The position numbers were made by a program, and so were the translations under genes. The notes under the pieces were generated by a model. It was not told the origin of the DNA. It saw only the letters and a program-made list of their open reading frames with translations, and ran no database searches. From Phycisphaerales bacterium (GTDB lineage Bacteria > Planctomycetota > Phycisphaerae > Phycisphaerales > SM1A02), in the NCBI GenBank assembly GCA_014238785.1, contig JABAAL010000006.1:13329-77328 (forward strand): DNA of 64,000 nt. Reading direction: 5' to 3'. How positions within the stretch are numbered: the stretch's first letter is position 1; each line of letters begins with the position of its first letter. This document shows positions 55,743-64,000 of the stretch, in pieces.

Positions 55743-57409
55743 TTCTCTCGTTAACAATCTCCGTTATTGTTGGATTGCAGTCCTCAAAAACAATACCTGT
55801 TGAAGCAATCAATTCAATTCAAACTGAACCCATTGCTCCCCTAGGTGGCGTATTAATGGTTCAATTAGTAAGCGAAACGCTCGGTAATAATTGGCCCTCA
55901 ACTATTGATGTAACGTTTGAAAACAGAGACAAACAAACAGGTCACATTGGGTGGATAGAAAAAAACACAAATAATACATCGTGGACAAGTAACCCATATA
56001 CCATAAGACCCATCACCCCCAGTGACAATACGCAATATATTCACCCACTCGATGCAATGACTGGTCCAGTGCTTTTGGTTGAGCTACCGCGTAAAGGCGA
56101 AGGCTCCATCCACTTCGGTGGCACAAGCATCGACCCACTGTGGGTTGCGCTCCCAAAGTCTTTGCCAAATCTAAACGCTTTTCCGAATAATCCAAATGAA
56201 ATACTTCTGCTGGGTGACGAAGATGATCAACCAGAATGGAACTCACTTGAATACTGGCGATTGGCGCTCGTTGCATCACGCATTGGTGTTCAGCCGCCAG
56301 AACCTCCAAGCAGCTCAACGGTAACTCGCCTAAGTGCGCTACACGGTGAACACCTTTGGAGAATTGGGTTGCATAAACTGGCGAGCTTTGACAAAAATAT
56401 TGCAACTGCATGCAGAAATGTATTAACAAATATTGCATTTGATGGATCACATGCATTTGCTTGTTGGAGTGTGCAATCGGATATGCTTCGTCAACTTCTT
56501 TCAGTCCTCACAGATGTAGAAACTTCACCAAGACAAGTTGCATATAGAGCCGAGCGCTGGGTGCAAAAGCAACAACCGTTTATTCAATGGCTCGAGGGCG
56601 TATACGGCGAACAAGTTACAGTTGCAATGACAAATCCTACTCAACAACCATCACTTGCAACAATTTTTTGGAGAGAAAATGACGACTCCCCTATCTCGAT
56701 TGAGCTTCCAAAAGAAGAAACAATCAGGGCTAAGATTGGCAGAGCCCAAGCCATTGACCTCTCTTTATTTGGGCAGGAAACAGACCAATATCAATTACAA
56801 TGGTTAGACGTAACAATTGGAATGCAAAATTACGCTTTACCAATCATTCCACGAAAAGTTGTAACCCATCCACCAAGCACGATGCTATCTCAACTCCATC
56901 CCCTTTGGAATCTGCGAAGTATACAACAAGGAATTCCACTTAAAATTCAACCTACTAATTCGACCACTGTAGAGGTTAGAAAATTGTTCGGTGTTTGGGA
57001 ATTATTTATCCAATGCAGGGGTGACATTGAAATTAGCATCAATCCAAATGAGGTACTACATCCAGAACAAGCAATCGGAATTGAGGCCATTACTATTCTT
57101 CATCCAGAAACTGATGCACTCGTGTTTGTACCTTTACACAACACGGTGTCTGGACGGAACGTGCCTATCGATTTACACACTTTTCAATCGGTTTCAAAGG
57201 ATGGCTGGAACGTTCGAATTGAACTACCAAACGAATGGATTAAATCCAACGAGTTGTCTTTTTCAATTATCCGAACACACGGAGATTCTTTGCAGGTAGA
57301 GACCGCACCCCTTCCGTGCGTACCCTGGAACTTAAACCCACTGCCCATTATTCTTGATTTATCAGAATGGGATGCCGTACAAAATATTCCGACGACTTCA
57401 ATAAATTAA
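55739..57409 (+). CDS. Hypothetical 556-aa protein, no recognisable domain
   Basis: Long uninterrupted ORF. The start overlaps the gmk stop (ATGA). Short hydrophobic N-terminus. Confidence 0.6.
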   Translation: MILSLTISVIVGLQSSKTIPVEAINSIQTEPIAPLGGVLMVQLVSETLGNNWPSTIDVTFENRDKQTGHIGWIEKNTNNTSWTSNPYTIRPITPSDNTQYIHPLDAMTGPVLLVELPRKGEGSIHFGGTSIDPLWVALPKSLPNLNAFPNNPNEILLLGDEDDQPEWNSLEYWRLALVASRIGVQPPEPPSSSTVTRLSALHGEHLWRIGLHKLASFDKNIATACRNVLTNIAFDGSHAFACWSVQSDMLRQLLSVLTDVETSPRQVAYRAERWVQKQQPFIQWLEGVYGEQVTVAMTNPTQQPSLATIFWRENDDSPISIELPKEETIRAKIGRAQAIDLSLFGQETDQYQLQWLDVTIGMQNYALPIIPRKVVTHPPSTMLSQLHPLWNLRSIQQGIPLKIQPTNSTTVEVRKLFGVWELFIQCRGDIEISINPNEVLHPEQAIGIEAITILHPETDALVFVPLHNTVSGRNVPIDLHTFQSVSKDGWNVRIELPNEWIKSNELSFSIIRTHGDSLQVETAPLPCVPWNLNPLPIILDLSEWDAVQNIPTTSIN

Positions 57410-57416
57410 TCCGTTC

Positions 57417-58295
57417 CTAGAAACGAATTTGTCCGAGTATGCCAATTGCACCAGCAGATTCATAGTCTTGTCGTGCAATAGTTGCTTTTTGTTGGTCGAT
57501 TACTTCGATACGGCCACCAAGAACAATTCCAGCTAAAAATGTAATATCAAACGTTGGCGAAGAGTGATACGTTGCCCTAAACGTCAATGGTGAAGATGTT
57601 GCTTCCCCAGCGCCGTTGGGGGCAAAGCCAGAATCATCTAACCTAAACCGATTGTAACTATTCGCGTAACCAGCACCCAGTGTCCACTTTTTAGTTGGTG
57701 TCCAAACAAGTTCCACGCCCATTCTTCCTCCGAACCGTGTTGAAATATCGCTTGTCAATTTTAGGTTATGCCCAATCTTCCAATCTAATACAAAAACCGG
57801 AAACCAACGGACATCATCCAGTGCCTGCTCAATTACGCCTGCGCCTAAGCCAAATGTAAAGTCAGAGGAGAACGAGTGGACAAAACCAACGGCACCGCCA
57901 TAGACTGTACCGGTTGACGCATCCTCTTCATAACTCGTTCTTCCAAGTCCTGAGAAAAACCATTGCGTTGATTTACTATAATGGTGCGTCCATGTAAGTC
58001 CAAGATCGATGGTATTAATTGTTTCCCAAGGATTGTCTAATCCCAAGCCAGAAGTTCCACTAAAATTCCATTGGGCACGATGGAGCTGAAATTTAAATTG
58101 CAAATCGTCGCTATTTGTAATCGCAGTGTCTAAGCGAAATTCAGCGCCATAGCTGGTCAAATCAACGTCACCGCCATTATCAATTGAAGATTCAAACTGG
58201 TGTACAAAATGAAAATCCAATTTCGAATTATATTTTGGAGTTGTAACTTCAGTTTGCGAACATAAAATACAGGTTGTTAAGGCGATTGATAACAT
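57417..58295 (-). CDS. Outer-membrane beta-barrel protein (putative)
   Basis: Alternating amphipathic beta-strand pattern, frequent aromatic girdle residues, and a C-terminal ...ILGQIRF typical of OMP termini. Confidence 0.6.
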   Translation of the reverse strand: MLSIALTTCILCSQTEVTTPKYNSKLDFHFVHQFESSIDNGGDVDLTSYGAEFRLDTAITNSDDLQFKFQLHRAQWNFSGTSGLGLDNPWETINTIDLGLTWTHHYSKSTQWFFSGLGRTSYEEDASTGTVYGGAVGFVHSFSSDFTFGLGAGVIEQALDDVRWFPVFVLDWKIGHNLKLTSDISTRFGGRMGVELVWTPTKKWTLGAGYANSYNRFRLDDSGFAPNGAGEATSSPLTFRATYHSSPTFDITFLAGIVLGGRIEVIDQQKATIARQDYESAGAIGILGQIRF

Positions 58296-58304
58296 TAATT
58301 AATC

Positions 58305-59306
58305 TCACATTGTTGTTGCAGGAAGGGTTTCGATTAGGTTCTTCAGAATTGCATCACAGGTAATTGCTTCAGCTTCTGCTTCAAAATTAAGAATACAACG
58401 ATGCCGCAACGCAGGCAATACTGATTTTCGAATATCATCGGCGTTTACGGTAATTCTCCCATCTAGGAGTGCGTGTACTTTTCCAGAAAGTATAAGTGTT
58501 TGCGCAGCCCTTGGAGATGCGCCAAAACGAAGAAATGATTTTACTTGGGGTGTTGCAAGTTGCTCGTTTGGATGAGTTGCCAGCACAATGCGTACTGCAT
58601 AATCTTGCACTTCATCGGGGACATCTAGCTCTCGAACAATGTTCTGGTATGAAATTATTTTCTCAGTATCAAGAATACGTTGAACTTCAGGCGTAACGCT
58701 GCTTGTTGTTCGATTAATGATTTCCATCAACTCATTCCGGTCAGAATAGCCAACGTGCAACTTAAAGAAGAACCTATCCAATTGTGCTTCGGGTAGTGGG
58801 TACGTGCCTTCTTGTTCAATTGGGTTTTGGGTAGCCATAACGAAGAATGGTTTTTCAAGCTTGTGCGTTTCACCGCCGACCGTGACCGTTTTTTCTTGCA
58901 TCGCTTCTAGTAGAGCTGATTGCGTTTTTGGAGTTGCTCGATTTATTTCATCTGCAAGTACCATTTGCGCAAACAATGGCCCTTTGCGAAATGTAAAATC
59001 TCGACCGCTCTTCGTTTCTACCACGACAGTTGTACCTGTTATGTCTGCTGGCATTAGGTCGGGCGTAAATTGTATGCGGGAAAAATCAAGATCAAGCGCA
59101 TCGCTTAACGTGCGAATAAGTAACGTTTTTCCTAAACCGGGAACGCCTTCGAGCAAAGCATGTCCGCCAGCAAAAAGACAAACCAACACACCCTCTACTA
59201 TTTCATCATGCCCAACAACTGCCTTGGCAATCTCCGCGCGCAATTTTGCGTAGTCATCGCAGAACGTCTTTGCTGTGAAATCTGACGGAATCGTTTTGTT
59301 TGGCAT
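58305..59306 (-). CDS. MoxR-family AAA+ ATPase
   Basis: LLEGVPGLGKTLL (Walker A), RIQFTPDLMPADITG, VLADEINRA (Walker B), FFVMATQNPIEQEGTYPLPEAQLDRF. Confidence 0.92.
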   Translation of the reverse strand: MPNKTIPSDFTAKTFCDDYAKLRAEIAKAVVGHDEIVEGVLVCLFAGGHALLEGVPGLGKTLLIRTLSDALDLDFSRIQFTPDLMPADITGTTVVVETKSGRDFTFRKGPLFAQMVLADEINRATPKTQSALLEAMQEKTVTVGGETHKLEKPFFVMATQNPIEQEGTYPLPEAQLDRFFFKLHVGYSDRNELMEIINRTTSSVTPEVQRILDTEKIISYQNIVRELDVPDEVQDYAVRIVLATHPNEQLATPQVKSFLRFGASPRAAQTLILSGKVHALLDGRITVNADDIRKSVLPALRHRCILNFEAEAEAITCDAILKNLIETLPATTM

Positions 59307-59550
59307 TTGTGCACAATACCAAAAACTCTATGTGGACTGTTTTAGTGTTGTCCACCCCTTCCTGCATAATCTCTTCCAAGACTTTGATTAAAAAAATCTC
59401 CGAAAAAACTCCTAGGAGGAATTAATCTGGCTCAGATCTACATTAATTGTGCTTAGGGATTGAATTGGGATGGAAACCTATTATTGACATGTGTGCACAG
59501 AATGGTGGCAGGCAATTTCGTATTGCTTCGCAATACTTGCACCAGCCCCT

Positions 59551-60234
59551 TTACTCGGCTTTTTCGATCATCCAGTATTCGATGTCAATTTGTGTCTGAC
59601 GACCAAACACGGTCGAAAGCACACGCACAACACCCTTCTCTGGGAAAATCTCATCAACCGTGCCTTCATAGCCCATGAATGGACCATCCTTGATATTCAC
59701 ATGATCACCCTTTGCAAACTCAAGTTTAACTTCAGTAACTTCTTCTGGCGCTTGTGAGTCATACAACATCTTGTCCACTTCTTCATCAGACATCGGTGTT
59801 GGCTTGCCAGCAGTACCTACAAAATCACCTACTCCGGTTGTCTCTTTGATGATAAAGAACACGTCTTGCGAGATACGTGCATCGACAAGTCCCATCTCAA
59901 CAAAAATGTAACCTGGGTACAACTTTGTTTCAGTAATTTTTACTTTGTTATTTTTTGAAAGTGTTTTTGTCTTTTCAGTCGGAACCATAATACGACCAAC
60001 GAGATGTTGTACGCCTTCGATTTGCACTTTCTTTTCAAGCGCATTTCGTACAAAGTCTTCTTTGTTTGAAGCAACCCGAAGAACAAACCAATTCATACCC
60101 ACTTGGGTTTTTGGCATTTCTTCGTCCGACGGTGCATCTACTTGTGTTGCTTCAGATGTTGCCTCAGCAACAACTTCGGGAGTTGCTTCAGATGCTATCT
60201 CTGTCGTTTCTGTATTTTGTTCTATCTCACTCAT
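59551..60234 (-). CDS. nusG: Transcription termination/antitermination factor NusG with acidic N-terminal extension
   Basis: WFVLRVASNKE, PGYIFVEM, and a KOW domain (GDHVNIKDGPFMGYEGTVDEI). It follows secE. Confidence 0.93.
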   Translation of the reverse strand: MSEIEQNTETTEIASEATPEVVAEATSEATQVDAPSDEEMPKTQVGMNWFVLRVASNKEDFVRNALEKKVQIEGVQHLVGRIMVPTEKTKTLSKNNKVKITETKLYPGYIFVEMGLVDARISQDVFFIIKETTGVGDFVGTAGKPTPMSDEEVDKMLYDSQAPEEVTEVKLEFAKGDHVNIKDGPFMGYEGTVDEIFPEKGVVRVLSTVFGRQTQIDIEYWMIEKAE

Positions 60235-60249
60235 ATCATTCCCTTCCCT

Positions 60250-60660
60250 TTATGCAGATTGCAGAACATCGACCCATTGAAAGAACGAAGAAAAAGCAAG
60301 GTCTGCAATTTTACAAAAGACGGCGATGAAGAGTGTCAATAAAATAACGAGCACTGTTGAACCAGCAATCTCTCGGCGAGTTGACCAATTTACTTTTCGC
60401 ATTTCACCCTCAGTTGCGATCATAAAGTCAACCAATTTTGGTTTCCTGCCGATGAGGTGATATCCAATAAGGCCAGAAACTGCAATAACAATGACAGAGA
60501 CGCCGCCCTGGACATATACCGATTCTAAATCGCCAATTTGGAATCCACTGAGTTGATCCCAAAGCCAAATAACACCCATCATGATGAGTAGACCAAAACC
60601 AATTGCTGACATCAGTCTTACCCAGTAGCCTTGACCTTGTTTGTAAATTGCTGTGCTCAT
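60250..60660 (-). CDS. secE: Preprotein translocase subunit SecE (three-TM long form)
   Basis: 136 aa. The C-terminal segment EMRKVNWSTRREIAGSTVLVILLTLFIAVF is the conserved SecE core. It sits between tRNA-Trp and nusG. Confidence 0.85.
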   Translation of the reverse strand: MSTAIYKQGQGYWVRLMSAIGFGLLIMMGVIWLWDQLSGFQIGDLESVYVQGGVSVIVIAVSGLIGYHLIGRKPKLVDFMIATEGEMRKVNWSTRREIAGSTVLVILLTLFIAVFCKIADLAFSSFFQWVDVLQSA

Positions 60661-60693
60661 GTTGTTCTCTTAGTACTTAGTTTCTAACCAAAA

Positions 60694-60766
<73 letters not shown>

Positions 60767-60800
60767 CCATACGCCCACTTTAAACAAGTGGACGCGTTCG

Positions 60801-60977
60801 TTACTTCCGCTTAATTTTGTGAAGAGTGTGCTTGCGAAGTCGAGGGCAGTACTTTTTAAAGCCTTCCTTAACTTTCTCGTCAATGCCACCCTTCACGCGG
60901 ATGCTCGTTCGATAATTAAGATCTCCAGACTCCGTACATTGGAGCCATACATATTCGCGATCTTTTGCCTTGGCCAT
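60801..60977 (-). CDS. rpmG: 50S ribosomal protein L33
   Basis: MAKAKDREYVWLQCTESGDLNYRT...KKYCPRLRKHTLHKIKRK. It lies between tuf and tRNA-Trp. Confidence 0.88.
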   Translation of the reverse strand: MAKAKDREYVWLQCTESGDLNYRTSIRVKGGIDEKVKEGFKKYCPRLRKHTLHKIKRK

Positions 60978-61055
60978 CTTGTTCAACCTCTTATCGTTTG
61001 CGTATGGAGAGGGCTCGTGCCCTCACCATAGCAAGCGAAACTTTTGCTTAAATAG

Positions 61056-62255
<1,200 letters not shown>

Positions 62256-62383
62256 CGTGAGTTCTCCGTTTCAAATAGGCGGCAACGTTGTACCGCCAAC
62301 CATTTCCTTTGCCGGTCATAAAAAACCGACAACTTGTATCTTATTGCTGTAGACCGCCTACAACAACGCATCATTACTACTGA

Positions 62384-62455
<72 letters not shown>

Positions 62456-62635
62456 AATTAGAAATCGTCATGCAACCGACCGTCCGTCCGTGGCCGCTCG
62501 TCGTGCATTCCTTGCACGACCCCTGAAGCCCCGATTTAAAAAGCCGCCCAAAAGGACGGAAGGGAAGTGTAGCAAAACCCAACGTTTTAGCAACCCCGTT
62601 GTGATAGGATTATTCACAAAACGCGATTCTACGCG

Positions 62636-62659
62636 TAAAAACGGTGGGTATAGTCCACC
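62636..62659 (-). terminator. Weak intrinsic terminator candidate after the DUF1559-like gene
   Basis: Minus strand reads GGTGG-ACTATAC-CCACC followed by GTTTTTA, starting 11 nt after the stop at 62670. Confidence 0.35.
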
Positions 62660-62669
62660 TTAGAACGCA

Positions 62670-63725
62670 TTATCTGCGATCCAAATTGTCGACTCTAATT
62701 CCACGACCATAGAGCGATTGATCGGCTCCAGTGGGCTGTGGATCTAGAGGACCCAATTCTGTCCATGATTTTTCGCTTTTAATCGAACCATCAAGCATGA
62801 GAAGCATGGTGTTGCTGCCGTATCGGAAGTCTACTTCTCCGTCTTCATCGTCTTGAATATTTAAAATTTGTACATCATTGCTCGTATCAAACACTGCATC
62901 GCTTGCCCATGCTGAAGGGTCGTAGTTGCCCCCTGCATCCACTGTCGAAATTGTCTCGCCTGCAACCGAATCAACGAGATAGACCGAACGCGAAGGTGCG
63001 TTAATCATAGAGTTCGTGTAATACCAATCAACTTGCGAAGTTGCTTCACCAAAGGGGTCTCTATCAATATTACTTCTCGCATCAAAGAAATCATTCGCCG
63101 CAAAAAATCCGGGCAATCCCTTTGCAGGACCCCGAGTATTTTCGAACATCGAACGAAATGGATGTTCGAAATCATCATACACTTCAAAAATAATCGGCTC
63201 AGTCGGGTAAATGTCAGGTGAGTCCGTTTCCCACAGCCCAATTGGTGAAATATCCGATCCATATGCGGCGTTTATTTTAGTCTGATCAAAATCCAATAGC
63301 CTCATTGCACCAAATGCTTGGGCGAGATTATTTTCCGTCCATAAAATATCTGCCCACGTACCTACATATTGACCACGATTCAAACTGTCGTACGGATTAT
63401 CGTCATCATCATCAGAGTAAAAATTTAACCCTGGATTATTTCGGACAGCAATTGCTGATCCCGCTGCAGCTTCGTCCGTAAAATCAAACTGGCTAGGCAG
63501 CACACGGTCATCGTTGTTCCCCGACCATAATTGCATCCATTCTGAAATTTGTTTTAGTTTTATTTTTGACTTGGCTGTATTGGCAGCATCCCTTGTTCCG
63601 TTCACGGTCACATTAATAATGGCGGCAAGGAGTGCAATAATTGAAATCACAACGAGAAGTTCAATGATTGTGAAACCTTTTGCTTTAGGTTTTCGTAACA
63701 TATTCATACTCCACACTGTACGCAT
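62670..63725 (-). CDS. Prepilin-type N-terminal cleavage/methylation domain protein, DUF1559-like
   Basis: KGFTIIELLVVISIIALLAAI (G|FTxxE pilin signal). The C-terminal NTMLLMLDGSIKS resembles the DUF1559 H-X9-DG region common in Planctomycetota. Confidence 0.8.
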   Translation of the reverse strand: MRTVWSMNMLRKPKAKGFTIIELLVVISIIALLAAIINVTVNGTRDAANTAKSKIKLKQISEWMQLWSGNNDDRVLPSQFDFTDEAAAGSAIAVRNNPGLNFYSDDDDDNPYDSLNRGQYVGTWADILWTENNLAQAFGAMRLLDFDQTKINAAYGSDISPIGLWETDSPDIYPTEPIIFEVYDDFEHPFRSMFENTRGPAKGLPGFFAANDFFDARSNIDRDPFGEATSQVDWYYTNSMINAPSRSVYLVDSVAGETISTVDAGGNYDPSAWASDAVFDTSNDVQILNIQDDEDGEVDFRYGSNTMLLMLDGSIKSEKSWTELGPLDPQPTGADQSLYGRGIRVDNLDRR

Positions 63726-63747
63726 AGACAGTGATTTTGGCTTCTAA

Positions 63748-64000
63748 TTATCCTAAGTTCATTGTCATGAGGAATTCAGCATTTGAATTCGTTTTGACCA
63801 TTCTTGTACGTAACATTTCCATCGCTTCAACAGGGCTCATATCGCTCACAACCTTACGCAGGCGGCCCACAAGCTCATATTCTTTGGGGTCAAGGAGTAA
63901 CTCTTCTCGACGTGTTCCCGATGCCGCAATATCAATAGCTGGCCAGATTCGTTTCTCAACAAGTTTTCTTGTGAGGTGGAGCTCGGAATTACCTGTACCT
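63748..64000 (-). CDS. rho: Transcription termination factor Rho (C-terminal 84 codons; 5' part beyond window end)
   Basis: Hand translation gives [44 protein letters not shown]...[17 protein letters not shown], with a TAA stop at 63748-63750. It is absent from the ORF track because no start lies inside the window. Confidence 0.9.
   Translation of the reverse strand, partial: GTGNSELHLTRKLVEKRIWPAIDIAASGTRREELLLDPKEYELVGRLRKVVSDMSPVEAMEMLRTRMVKTNSNAEFLMTMNLG

Overview
This is a gene-dense, mostly housekeeping chromosomal segment from a diderm bacterium. The gene content suggests the PVC group, probably Planctomycetota: a DUF1559-type prepilin-like protein, a dockerin-tailed secreted protein, an LpxC-FabZ fusion, futalosine-pathway MqnB and a class II DAHP synthase. 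That taxonomic call is inference only. I saw no rRNA, CRISPR array, transposase, integrase or phage genes.

Recognisable blocks:
- A pilT-pilC-pseudopilin operon at 1-4594. It ends in a large open reading frame that runs off the left edge and is missing from the supplied ORF track.
- The envelope cluster bamA-skp-skp-lpxD-lpxC/fabZ-lpxA at 6042-13112.
- An exbB-exbD-exbD stator set preceded by a TM-linker-vWA protein and a DoxX protein at 16176-19504.
- A translationally coupled ketosynthase pair, one member lacking the catalytic histidines, at 21370-23999.
- panC-nadD-rimO-lepA, lipB and ftsK.
- Acyl-CoA genes: a carboxyltransferase beta subunit, an SDR and a methylmalonyl-CoA mutase catalytic subunit.
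- hisS-mqnB.
- A pilM-N-O-P-like-pilB cluster at 46181-50703.
- lepB, PSP1, der and gmk.
- A MoxR ATPase with a beta-barrel partner.
- The tRNA-Thr-tuf-rpmG-tRNA-Trp-secE-nusG block.
- The 3' end of rho at the right edge.

The most unusual non-coding signal is the 476-nt gap at 34619-35094. It holds a compact multi-helix RNA-like fold, a strong Shine-Dalgarno sequence with a 17-codon mini-ORF, mutually exclusive hairpins, and a perfect 12-bp/U8 terminator ending 21 nt before the carboxylase start codon. I treat it as a candidate unclassified riboswitch or attenuator.

All protein calls rest on motif recognition by eye. No searches were run.
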